32,232 nt of DNA from Candidatus Endomicrobiellum trichonymphae (GTDB lineage Bacteria; Elusimicrobiota; Elusimicrobia; UBA1565; UBA9628): assembly GCA_943372155.1 (NCBI GenBank), contig CALRXP010000003.1, forward strand, positions 1 through 32,232, given 5' to 3'. Both the position numbers and the translations under genes were made by a program. This document shows, one piece after another, positions 9,341 to 17,517 of the stretch. The notes under the pieces are model-generated. The model worked only from the letters and a program-made list of their open reading frames with translations. It made no database searches and was not told the DNA's origin. Numbering within the stretch: the first letter of the stretch is position 1; each line of letters begins with the position of its first letter.

Positions 9341-10356
9341 TCGCGCCTCCGGAACAGGTAATGCGCCACGCGCCACTCCCCGCCGTCCGCGTAGCCGAAC
9401 AGCTCGGCGCAAGCCATATAGAAAATGCGCCAGCGCTCGAAGCGCACGGCCGCGCCGGAGCCGTAGGTCTCGCGCAGGATCTCCAGAGCGCGGGCCTTGT
9501 TCCGGTCCAGATTCGCGAGCCAGTCGTTCGACGTTTTCTCGTAGTGGCGGCCGTCCACGGTCCACATCTTCTCGTGGATGAGGTCCCGTTGGAAATCGAG
9601 CAGGAGGCCCTCGGACGGCATGATTCCGCCGGAGAAGAAATGCCGCGCCATCCAGTCGTCGTCGCGCTCGTCGGCGAACGGATAGGCGAGCGATTTATGG
9701 CAGAAGATATGGACGAAGAGCTTTCCTCCGGGCTTGAGCCACGTCGAGACGCGGCGCAGAAGCTCCGGGTAGTTGCGCATGTGCTCGAACATCTCGACCG
9801 ATACGACGCGATCGAAGCGCTTATCGATGTCGAAGTCGTTCATGTCGCGCGTCAGCACCGTGACGTTGGTGAGGCCTCGGCGGGCGGCCTCGGCCTGGAT
9901 GTGTTCCCGCTGGGGCGCGGAATTGGAGACCGCGGTGATGCGCGCGTTCGGGTAGCGCTCCGCGTTCCACAGGGTGAGCGAGCCCCAGCCGCAACCGAGC
10001 TCCAAAATATCCTGCCCGTCGGCCAGTTCCGCGCGGGCCGCGGTCATCGCAAGCATCGCGTCCTCGGCCTCAGCCAAGGTCTCGCGCCCCGTTTCATACA
10101 GGCAGCAGGAGTATTTCATGCGCGGTCCGAGCGCCAGCGCCATGAAGGCGGCGGGCACCTCGTAGTGCTGCTCGTTGGCCTTATGCGGCAGCGGCGCGAC
10201 GGGGCCGGAGACGATCGAGGCCCTCAGAGCCCCGAACCGGGCGGCGGCGTCCCGCGTCTCGTCGTTGAGACGCTGGGCGCACAAGCGCCGAATGCCGGCG
10301 CGGGTCAAGACGTCGGGCACCAGGCCCGCTTCGACGGCGGCGATGGCGGTTTTCAC
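9337..10356 (-). CDS. Class I SAM-dependent methyltransferase (Cfa / coclaurine N-methyltransferase-like)
   Basis: Start corrected to GTG 10356 (GTGA overlap), 339 aa. ANEQHYEVP, LGPRMKYSCC, ILELGCGWGSL, SVEMFEHMRNY, WMARHFFSGGIMPS, WRIFYMACAELF. Confidence 0.9.
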   Translation of the reverse strand: MKTAIAAVEAGLVPDVLTRAGIRRLCAQRLNDETRDAAARFGALRASIVSGPVAPLPHKANEQHYEVPAAFMALALGPRMKYSCCLYETGRETLAEAEDAMLAMTAARAELADGQDILELGCGWGSLTLWNAERYPNARITAVSNSAPQREHIQAEAARRGLTNVTVLTRDMNDFDIDKRFDRVVSVEMFEHMRNYPELLRRVSTWLKPGGKLFVHIFCHKSLAYPFADERDDDWMARHFFSGGIMPSEGLLLDFQRDLIHEKMWTVDGRHYEKTSNDWLANLDRNKARALEILRETYGSGAAVRFERWRIFYMACAELFGYADGGEWRVAHYLFRRRD

Positions 10357-11129
10357 GCGGTCCTCCGGGGGAACCAAGGAACGAAAGCGGACGTCTCCCG
10401 CTGATAGCGGCGATAGTCCTCGCCGCGCGAACGCAGGGCCTGCTCCTCGGTGGCGGGTATGCCGGTCACGCGCAGCAGGAAATAGAGCATCAACGCGGGA
10501 GAGAGCCAAACGCGCCAATCGGCGGGCGCCATGGCGGCGTAAGCGAGCCAATGCGTCCACTCGAAGAAATAATTGGGGTGGCGCGAGTAGCGCCACAAGC
10601 CCGCGCGGCAGGTTTTCCCTTTATTGGCCGCGTTCGACCGGAACTCGGCCAAAGAAGCGTCGGCCATCAATTCGCCCCCGACCGCGACGAGCCAGAGAGC
10701 CGCGCCAGCGGCGTCCCGAAGACCGAGCTCCCCGGGAGCCGCCGCCAGCGCGGCGAAAGGCAAAGCGAGGACCGCGGCGAGGGCGGCCTGCGCCTGAAAG
10801 AACCAGAAAAAATTGCGGTTCGCCGCTTCGCCCCAGGAGGCGCGAAGCGCGGCGTAACGGCCGTCTTCGCTTTTGCCGCGGACGCGATCAACGTAGAGGT
10901 GCCAAGCCAGGCGCGCGGACCAAAGCCCCCCCATCGACCCGATCAGCAGGCGACGATGCGAATCTCCGGGAAGGAGCCCCGCGCAAAGAACGGCGAGGAA
11001 CCCGAGGGCGCCCGCCCAGCCCACGTCGACCAGGCTCGCGTCCTTCGTGCGGGCCTGAACGCTCCACAGCGCGGCGAAAAACGCCGCGAGCGCGAGCCAG
11101 CCGACGAAGAGGATTTTGAGTTCGATCAC
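10353..11129 (-). CDS. DUF1295 family membrane protein (steroid 5-alpha-reductase-like)
   Basis: Start corrected to GTG 11129 (GTGA overlap), 258 aa. SLVDVGW, WSARLAWHL, EDGRY, GLWRYSRHPNYFFEW, TGIP.TE, YRRYQRETSAFVPW. Confidence 0.9.
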   Translation of the reverse strand: MIELKILFVGWLALAAFFAALWSVQARTKDASLVDVGWAGALGFLAVLCAGLLPGDSHRRLLIGSMGGLWSARLAWHLYVDRVRGKSEDGRYAALRASWGEAANRNFFWFFQAQAALAAVLALPFAALAAAPGELGLRDAAGAALWLVAVGGELMADASLAEFRSNAANKGKTCRAGLWRYSRHPNYFFEWTHWLAYAAMAPADWRVWLSPALMLYFLLRVTGIPATEEQALRSRGEDYRRYQRETSAFVPWFPRRTA

Positions 11130-11362
11130 GATTTCAAGCGCCCGATGAGCCGGCGCTTGAAATCCGCGTCGCCCGGGGCGGGAACGCCCCAGACCTCGCG
11201 CGCCGCCCGGTCGATCCACCGGATCTGCGCGGCGTAACGCCGGCAAACCCAGCAGACGGCCATATGAAGGCGGAGCATGATGCGGCGCATCCGCGGCGAC
11301 TCATCGTACGAGCCGTCCGAGACCGCTTGCGCCACATCCGAGCACGACGGGATCCAGCTCAT
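11126..11362 (-). CDS. Small soluble zf-HC2 (ZAS-type) anti-sigma factor
   Basis: 78 aa from ATG 11362 (ATGA overlap with the sigma stop). An N-terminal Cys (SCSDV) plus HMAVCWVC matches H-x3-C-x2-C. No TM segment or cupin domain. Confidence 0.88.
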   Translation of the reverse strand: MSWIPSCSDVAQAVSDGSYDESPRMRRIMLRLHMAVCWVCRRYAAQIRWIDRAAREVWGVPAPGDADFKRRLIGRLKS

Positions 11363-11931
11363 CGTTTGGTCCATTTCTTCTCGAGGCACTCCCGGAGCTT
11401 GTTGCGAGCCCGGAACATGAGCACCCCAAGATTCGTGGCTGAGACCCCGATAATCTTACAGGCTTCCGCGGTAGACATATCCTCCACCGTTTTCAGCTGA
11501 AAAGCGGCCCTTTGCTCGTCGGAAAGGCCTTTGGCGCACTCCTCGAGCCAGGCCTTGAGCTCGTCGTTGACGGCGAGTTCCTCCGGCCCTCGCGGGATGC
11601 AATTCCACACGCCCAACGAGCCGAAACGTCCGGCGAAGGCGGCCTCCATGTCCTCGGTCGCCTGCTCGCGTTTGTTCTTGCGGCGGCGCTCCGAGCACTT
11701 GTGGTAGAGGACGCCGAACAGGAAGGTCTTGAGCGTCGAGCGCCCCTCGAACCGGTCGATGGCGGTCAGAAAATCCGTGAGGGAATCCTGCACGGCCTCC
11801 TCGGCGTCGCGCTCGGACAGGCCCCAGGAACGCGCCGCCGCCAGGAGCGGGGAGGTGAACTCTTCGACGAGTGCCTCCACCGCTCCCGGACGGCGCGCCT
11901 TCAGGTCCTTCAGACGGTCTTGGTCGCCCAT
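11359..11931 (-). CDS. ECF RNA polymerase sigma-70 factor (TIGR02943-like)
   Basis: 190 aa. Region 2 DAEEAVQDS...RFEGRSTLKTFLFGVL; region 4 QRAAFQLK...EACKIIGVSATNLGVLMFRARNKLRECLE; adjacent anti-sigma. Confidence 0.9.
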   Translation of the reverse strand: MGDQDRLKDLKARRPGAVEALVEEFTSPLLAAARSWGLSERDAEEAVQDSLTDFLTAIDRFEGRSTLKTFLFGVLYHKCSERRRKNKREQATEDMEAAFAGRFGSLGVWNCIPRGPEELAVNDELKAWLEECAKGLSDEQRAAFQLKTVEDMSTAEACKIIGVSATNLGVLMFRARNKLRECLEKKWTKR

Positions 11932-11958
11932 GGAGCCGCGACCATCTTACAATTTCCG

Positions 11959-12279
11959 CTAAACGGCGATCAGCGCGTCGAGCTTGGCCTTGATGGCCGC
12001 TTTCGACTGCACGCCCACCATCTGCTCCACGAGCTTGCCGCCCTTGAAAAAGAGCAAGGTCGGGATCGCGGAGACTCGATAGGCCGACATCGTGTCCCCG
12101 TTCTCGTCCGTGTTGAGCTTGCCGATGACGGCCTTGCCGGCGTATTCCGTCGCGAGCTCTTCGACCACGGGCCCGAGCATGCGGCACGGGCCGCACCACG
12201 GCGCCCACAGGTCCACGAGCACGGGCTTGGACGACTCCAAAGCTTCCTTCTTGAACGTCGCGTCGGTCAGTTCGAGCAT
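11959..12279 (-). CDS. trxA: Thioredoxin
   Basis: 106 aa with the WAPWCGPC active site and AIPTL. Strong RBS AGGAGG. Confidence 0.96.
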   Translation of the reverse strand: MLELTDATFKKEALESSKPVLVDLWAPWCGPCRMLGPVVEELATEYAGKAVIGKLNTDENGDTMSAYRVSAIPTLLFFKGGKLVEQMVGVQSKAAIKAKLDALIAV

Positions 12280-12309
12280 AATGCCTCCTGGAAATTACGT
12301 TTTACCCTA

Positions 12310-13251
12310 TCACTTCTTGTTTTCACGGGGTATGACGGAAACGTCTTGCGGACCCCGTTCTTTCACGACGGTCAGGCGCGCGGACCGGCCGATCGCATCT
12401 TCCGTCAGCACCCGGTGCAGATCGTCCACGCCGGTCACCGGCTTGCCGTTGAAGGCGATGAGCAGGTCGCCCTCCTCGATGCCCGCGTCATCGGCCGGGC
12501 CGCCCTCTTCCACGGCGATGACAAGCACGCCGCCCTCGGCTTCGACGCCGAGCCGCTTGGCCAAACCCCTCGGCACCTTCACGTCCTGGGCGCCCAGGCC
12601 CAGAAAGCCGCGCCGGATTCGGCCGTGTTCGATCAGACGGCCGGCCACAAACTTCGCCGTGTCGATCGGGATCGCGAAGCACAATCCCTGCGCGGGGAGG
12701 ATCACCGCCGAGTTCACGCCGATCACGCGCCCCCGCGAGTCCACTAGGGGCCCGCCCGAGTTGCCAGGGTTCAAGGCCGCGTCGGTCTGCACGATGCCGT
12801 CCATCATGCGCCCGGACTCCGAGCGCAGCGAGCGACCGAGCGCGGAGACCACGCCCGCCGTCACCGAGTATGAGAACCCGTACGGGCTGCCGATGGCGAT
12901 GGCCACCTGCCCGGGCTTGAGCGACTTCGACTCGCCCATCTCGAGCACGGGCAGGCCGTCGGCCTGCACGCGCACGACGGCCAGGTCCGTGTCGGGGTCG
13001 TCGCCGACGACCTCCGCCTGGAAGCGGCGGCCGTCGTGCAGCACGACGTCGAGCTCTTGAGCCCCGTGCACGACGTGGCTGTTGGTGAGGATGTAGCCGT
13101 TGGCCGTGAACACGAAGCCGGAGCCCGCGCCTCCGCGCACGCCCTTGCGGGCCTCGATCTTGACCACCGCCGGGCTCACCCGCGCGGCGACCTCCGACAC
13201 CGTTGTAGAATACGCGTCCAGCAGCGCCCCGTCGTTCTCTTGCGTGTTCAT
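12310..13251 (-). CDS. HtrA/DegQ-like trypsin serine protease with one PDZ domain, no signal peptide
   Basis: 313 aa. GSGF, LTNSHVV (His), DLAVV (Asp), NPGNSGGPL (Ser), C-terminal PDZ. RBS AAGGAG. Confidence 0.92.
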   Translation of the reverse strand: MNTQENDGALLDAYSTTVSEVAARVSPAVVKIEARKGVRGGAGSGFVFTANGYILTNSHVVHGAQELDVVLHDGRRFQAEVVGDDPDTDLAVVRVQADGLPVLEMGESKSLKPGQVAIAIGSPYGFSYSVTAGVVSALGRSLRSESGRMMDGIVQTDAALNPGNSGGPLVDSRGRVIGVNSAVILPAQGLCFAIPIDTAKFVAGRLIEHGRIRRGFLGLGAQDVKVPRGLAKRLGVEAEGGVLVIAVEEGGPADDAGIEEGDLLIAFNGKPVTGVDDLHRVLTEDAIGRSARLTVVKERGPQDVSVIPRENKK

Positions 13252-13288
13252 AAGCTCTCCTTTATTCGCGTCGACTTCGGTTTCGTCC

Positions 13289-14041
13289 CTAACGGCTCAT
13301 TCCGCCGGCGGTCCTAATCGTCTCGCCCGTCACCCAGCGCGCGTCCTCCGACGCGAGAAAGGAAACCGCGTCTGCGATGTCGGCCGGTTCTCCGATGCGG
13401 CCGAGCGGCGTCTTCGCCACCATGCCCGCCTTGAGTTCCTCCGTCATCACGGCGTTCATCAGGTCGGTCGCGACCGGCCCCGGCGCCACGCCGTTGACCG
13501 TTATCCCCTTAGGCCCGAGCTCGGCCGCCCAAATGCGAGTGAGAGCCTCAAGAGCCGCCTTCGTAGCGGAGTAAACGCCCGCGCCCGCCATCGAGCCCGT
13601 GGCGGCGATGGAGGACACGTTGATCACGCGGCCGCCTTTCTGGAGATGCGCGAGCGCCGCCTGGGTCGTGTAGATCGGGCCGTTGACATTGAGGTCGAAC
13701 TGCGCCTTCACGTGCTTCTCCGTCACACCCTCGAGCGGAACGAACTCCCCCCACCCGGCGTTGTTGACCAGGATGTCGAGGCCGCCGAATTCGCGGAAGG
13801 CCGCTTCGACGAACCCCTTGGCCTCGGCCGGGATGGACGCGTCGGCCTTGTACGCCGCCGCTTTGCCGCCGGACTTCTTGATCTTGGCCACCAACGCGTC
13901 CGCTTCCTTTGCTGAGCGCGAGTAGCTGATCGCGACCGTTGCGCCGTCCGCGGCCAAGCGCTCCGCGATCGCCGCGCCGATCCCACGCGCGCCGCCCGTC
14001 ACCAACGCCATCTTTCCTTCCAGTCTCTTCGTCATGGTCAT
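13289..14041 (-). CDS. Short-chain dehydrogenase/reductase
   Basis: 250 aa: TGGARGIG, NNAG, YSATK, VAPGP, TPLGRIG. Confidence 0.93.
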   Translation of the reverse strand: MTMTKRLEGKMALVTGGARGIGAAIAERLAADGATVAISYSRSAKEADALVAKIKKSGGKAAAYKADASIPAEAKGFVEAAFREFGGLDILVNNAGWGEFVPLEGVTEKHVKAQFDLNVNGPIYTTQAALAHLQKGGRVINVSSIAATGSMAGAGVYSATKAALEALTRIWAAELGPKGITVNGVAPGPVATDLMNAVMTEELKAGMVAKTPLGRIGEPADIADAVSFLASEDARWVTGETIRTAGGMSR

Positions 14042-14050
14042 ATTCCTCTG

Positions 14051-14072
14051 TTCTTGAATGATGAGTCAATAA
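14051..14072. promoter_or_regulatory. Second, degenerate copy of the TetR operator upstream of the SDR gene
   Basis: TTCTTGAATGATGAGTCAATAA matches the 14671-14692 site at 17 of 22 positions. Confidence 0.65.
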
Positions 14073-14087
14073 TTGGGCCTAAAAATG

Positions 14088-14663
14088 TCACCCCAGGGTC
14101 CTCAACGCCTCGTCCGCGACGGCCCGCAGCTCGGCCCGGTCGCAGCCGGTGCGCGCCAGCGCCCGCAGTCCGAGGGTCGCCGCGAAGAGAAAGCGGGCGG
14201 ATGTCTTGGCCTCGCCGCGCCCTTTGACGCTGCCGTCGGCGCGCCCGCGCAGGACGGCGGCGAGCAATGCGCCTTCCACCCGACGCCGGTTGTCCTCCAC
14301 GCAGCGCGCCACGCGGTCGTCGTGGGCGGAGCGCTCGGATGCGGCGTTGGCGAGCAGGCAGCCGCCGGGATCGCCGACCGCCTCATCGAGGATGATCGAG
14401 AACAGCGTCTCGATGGCCGCCCGTCCGCTCTTGGCGGCATTGAGGGTCTCAAGCAGCCGCACGCCCTTCGTCCCTTGATAGCGCTTGAGCGCGGCCAGGT
14501 ACAGCGCGCGCTTGTCGCCGTACGCCCCGTACAGGCTCGCCCGGCGCAGGCCGGTGGTCTTCTCCAGATCCTCGATCGAGGTTCCGTCGAAGCCCTTCGC
14601 GCGGAAGGTCTCCACGGCCTTGTCGAGGACTGCGTCGCTGTCGAACGAGCGGGGGCGAGCCAT
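14088..14663 (-). CDS. TetR/AcrR family regulator (NemR/ComR-like)
   Basis: 191 aa. MARPRSFD...F..KGFDGTS..DL...TGL.RASLY..YGDK HTH, and a C-terminal GCLLAN motif. Confidence 0.93.
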   Translation of the reverse strand: MARPRSFDSDAVLDKAVETFRAKGFDGTSIEDLEKTTGLRRASLYGAYGDKRALYLAALKRYQGTKGVRLLETLNAAKSGRAAIETLFSIILDEAVGDPGGCLLANAASERSAHDDRVARCVEDNRRRVEGALLAAVLRGRADGSVKGRGEAKTSARFLFAATLGLRALARTGCDRAELRAVADEALRTLG

Positions 14664-14669
14664 GGTTCC

Positions 14670-14698
14670 ATTATAGACTGTTCAGTCAATAATGTCAA
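14670..14698 (-). promoter_or_regulatory. Consensus sigma70 promoter of tetR with an overlapping palindromic operator (14671-14692)
   Basis: The minus strand reads TTGACA-17 nt-TATAAT, then 6 nt to the ATG. The imperfect palindrome TTATAGACTG-TT-CAGTCAATAA covers the spacer and -10. Confidence 0.85.
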
Positions 14699-14730
14699 GC
14701 GCCCGCCGCCCTTTGCTAGAATCCGTCTCA

Positions 14731-15672
14731 GTGGAAGACCTCCTCGCCGCGCAACGCGGACGCTACCTCGCCCTCGCCGCGGATCTGCCGGCGCGTCTGC
14801 GCCTCGTCGAGGTCAGCGAAGGCAACTCCCTCCTGCGTAAAGCCCGCAAGCTCGTCGCCTTCGGCCCCCGCTACGTCCGCTGGGCTGCCGCCCGGGCCGG
14901 CCTGCGTCCCGGCCTCGTCGACGTTCCCCTCTTCTGGGGCGGGCACATGAATCTCCCCTACGCCGAAGACGCCGATTTCGTGACGATGTATCTCGCGGGC
15001 GCCCCCGGCGGCCCGGAGTACAAGCTCATGCGCTACTTCATCCGGACTCTGAAGCCGGGCGATTCCTTTTACGACGTCGGCGCCAACTACGGCTTTTACA
15101 CGATGCTCGCCGCGGAGTTCGTCGGCGCCAAAGGCGAAATCCACGCCTTCGAGCCCCTCCCCGAGGTGCACGCCCACCTGAAGCGAAACACCCCGGGCCC
15201 CATCGCCCGGATCGTGGACGCGGCGCTGTGGGACCGGTCGGGCATGGCGACCCTCTACCGCCACCGCCTCGGCGACGTGTTTAACACGCTCGAAGAAGAA
15301 GTCACCGACTTTGACCCGACGCGCGGCTCGCTGAAGACCGAGGTGCGTTGCACGACGCTCGACGAATACGTCAAAGAGAACCGCCCCCCGACCGTGATGA
15401 AGATCGACGTGGAAGGCGGCGAGAAACGCCTGCTGGCCGGCGCCCTGGAAACCCTGCGCCGTCACAAGCCCGCGATCGCGATGGAGACCTGGGCTAGGGA
15501 AGGCGGAGAACGATTCTCCCTGCCTTCCTGCCGGACCTTGATCGCGCTGGGCTACCGGGCCCATGCCCTGAGCGAAGACGGCGCCGCCTCGCCCCTCGCC
15601 GAGGCCGACCTCCCCGCCTTCATCCGGAATATGCCCGCCGGTTGGGACAACCTCGTCTTCCTGCCGTCTTAA
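14731..15672 (+). CDS. FkbM family methyltransferase
   Basis: FYDVGANYGFY, IHAFEP, TTLD, VMKIDVEGGE...L.GA. Start placed at GTG 14731, 8 nt after TGcTAGAAT; the ORF-track start at 14692 lies inside the tetR promoter. Confidence 0.88.
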   Translation: MEDLLAAQRGRYLALAADLPARLRLVEVSEGNSLLRKARKLVAFGPRYVRWAAARAGLRPGLVDVPLFWGGHMNLPYAEDADFVTMYLAGAPGGPEYKLMRYFIRTLKPGDSFYDVGANYGFYTMLAAEFVGAKGEIHAFEPLPEVHAHLKRNTPGPIARIVDAALWDRSGMATLYRHRLGDVFNTLEEEVTDFDPTRGSLKTEVRCTTLDEYVKENRPPTVMKIDVEGGEKRLLAGALETLRRHKPAIAMETWAREGGERFSLPSCRTLIALGYRAHALSEDGAASPLAEADLPAFIRNMPAGWDNLVFLPS

Positions 15673-15734
15673 CCGACCCTTTACCCTCGTCGTAATAAGT
15701 CCTTAACGGCGTACGGCTATCCTGTGCGTACGCC

Positions 15735-16490
15735 ATGATAGACACCGAACGATCGCTCGACACCATCGCGCGCCTCCACACCGAGATCATGCGTGAGCGT
15801 GCCGCCGGCCTGCATGAATCGGCCGAGGCCGCCAAGGCCCGGCTCGTCGCTCGAGAGGAAGCCCTCGCTCGTCTGCGGACCCAAGTCTCCCTGCTGAAGA
15901 AGTCTCTACAGCCGGCGCCTGTCGCCGTTACCGTTCCCGTCGCCGCTCCTATTCCGGTCCCCGCGAAGGAGGCTCTTCCGGTCTCGGCGGTCGCAGGAGC
16001 CTCCCTCCCGCGGACCATGAACTGGGCATCGCTCGCGCCCTACGCCGCGATCGTCGCGTGCGCCTTCTACCTCGATCTCGGCGGCATCCGCCGTCCCGCC
16101 GCCGTCGTGCACGATCTCACCGCCTTGGTGCGGCCCGCGCCGGTTCCGGTCGTCAGCGCCCGTCCCGTCGCGAAGGGCGCGCCCATCCTCGTCGACGACG
16201 ACCGGTCCCAGGAAGCTCTCCTGCTCGTCCATGAGTGGAAGCTCCCGGGAGACGAGAAGTCCCTGGGCGAGCGCCTGGGCGGCGAGCTCGATCTTCCCGG
16301 CGGCCGTCCGGCCTGGAGCGTTGAGCGCACCGGCGCGCGCGGCTACCGCGTGACCTTCCAGACCACCGAAAAAGATCTGCCGTACGCCTTCGAGGCCGAC
16401 GTCGAGTCGCGCGTCGTTTGGCCAACGCCCGAGACGCAGGAGCTGCTTGCTCCGCGCTTCACGGCCGCCTTCCGCGACTCCGTGCGCTGA
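15735..16490 (+). CDS. Hypothetical membrane protein (N-terminal coiled coil, Pro/Ala linker, TM helix, C-terminal domain)
   Basis: 251 aa filling the gap between co-oriented genes. Heptad-like N-terminus and hydrophobic LAPYAAIVACAFYL segment. Confidence 0.7.
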   Translation: MIDTERSLDTIARLHTEIMRERAAGLHESAEAAKARLVAREEALARLRTQVSLLKKSLQPAPVAVTVPVAAPIPVPAKEALPVSAVAGASLPRTMNWASLAPYAAIVACAFYLDLGGIRRPAAVVHDLTALVRPAPVPVVSARPVAKGAPILVDDDRSQEALLLVHEWKLPGDEKSLGERLGGELDLPGGRPAWSVERTGARGYRVTFQTTEKDLPYAFEADVESRVVWPTPETQELLAPRFTAAFRDSVR

Positions 16491-16501
16491 TCGATTCGCG
16501 C

Positions 16502-16530
16502 TTGAGTCCGGGCCCCGGAATGGTTAGGCT
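16502..16530 (+). promoter_or_regulatory. Putative sigma70 promoter of the C39-like peptidase gene
   Basis: TTGAGT-17 nt-TAGGCT, 6 nt before GTG 16537. Confidence 0.6.
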
Positions 16531-16536
16531 TGGACC

Positions 16537-17517
16537 GTGATCAAGCTTTTGCTGCTCACGGCGCTCACTGTCTCCGCGCAGACGACCTTGCCGGTCTCCT
16601 TCGCCGAGACCGCGGCCTTGGTGCGAACGTTCAAAGCGCGGCGCGCCACAAGCGAAGCGCCCCATCTCGTCATCTGGCGCGGCCGAGAAACCTCCGCCTT
16701 CACTTCCCCCGCTTACAACGTCGGCGCCTTTGATCGCGCGGTGCTCTCCTGGAACATGAGCGGCGCGGCGACCTTCGAGCTCGAGGCAGACGGCGACGGG
16801 AAGTGGCGCGTGATGGGTCTTTGGAGCGACGCGCCGCAAAGCGTAAAGGGCGAGGGCGTCGATGTGGACACCCTGGCACTGAAGACCGCCGCCAAGTCCT
16901 TGCGCTTCCGCGTGACACCCGCGCCGGGTGCGGTCGTGACGATGGTCGCCGCGACGTATTGGACTCACGGGGAGAAGCGCCCTCTCGGCCGCGCGCGCTC
17001 CGCCGCATGGGGCCGGACGCTTGACGTGCCGCAACGCTCCCAAGGCGCGGTCGGCACGGATCCCTCTAAAGTCTGCAGCCCCACCTCGCTGTCGATGGTT
17101 CTCGCCTACTATGGCGTGGACAAGCCGGCCGAGGAGGTCGCCCGCGGCGTCTTCGACCACGCGGAGAAGATCTACGGCAACTGGCCCTTCAACACGGCCT
17201 ACGCCTACCGCGTCGCCGGGCTTGAAGCCTACGTTCAGCGCTTCATGGGTCTTGAAGACCTCGAGGCTGAGATCGCGGCCGGCCGTCCGGTCATCATCTC
17301 GCACAAGTTCGAAGCGGGCGATCTCGACGGCGCTCCGATCGCGCGCACCGACGGTCACGTGATCGTGGTCGTCGGCTTCACGAAGGACGGCGACGTGGTC
17401 GTCAACGACCCGGCGGGCCGGACGGGCGCGGTGCGCCGGGTCTACAAGCGCGCCCAGCTCGACAAGACTTGGCTCGTGCGCGCCAGCGGCGCGGCCTACG
17501 TCCTGCGCCGGCTCTGA
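16537..17517 (+). CDS. Exported peptidase C39-like family protein
   Basis: 326 aa with a signal peptide. VPQRSQ...VCSPTSLSMVLAYYG (Cys), YGNWPFNTAYA, GHVIVVVGF (His), VVNDPA (Asp). Confidence 0.88.
   Translation: MIKLLLLTALTVSAQTTLPVSFAETAALVRTFKARRATSEAPHLVIWRGRETSAFTSPAYNVGAFDRAVLSWNMSGAATFELEADGDGKWRVMGLWSDAPQSVKGEGVDVDTLALKTAAKSLRFRVTPAPGAVVTMVAATYWTHGEKRPLGRARSAAWGRTLDVPQRSQGAVGTDPSKVCSPTSLSMVLAYYGVDKPAEEVARGVFDHAEKIYGNWPFNTAYAYRVAGLEAYVQRFMGLEDLEAEIAAGRPVIISHKFEAGDLDGAPIARTDGHVIVVVGFTKDGDVVVNDPAGRTGAVRRVYKRAQLDKTWLVRASGAAYVLRRL

Noticed and set aside
6787-11389. Long N-terminal extensions given by the ORF track (starts 8247, 8654, 9565, 10596, 11246, 11389)
   Set aside because: They overlap upstream genes extensively. 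Family-like sequence begins at starts forming 4-nt NTGA overlaps. The same applies to the track starts 20474, 22140 and 24493.
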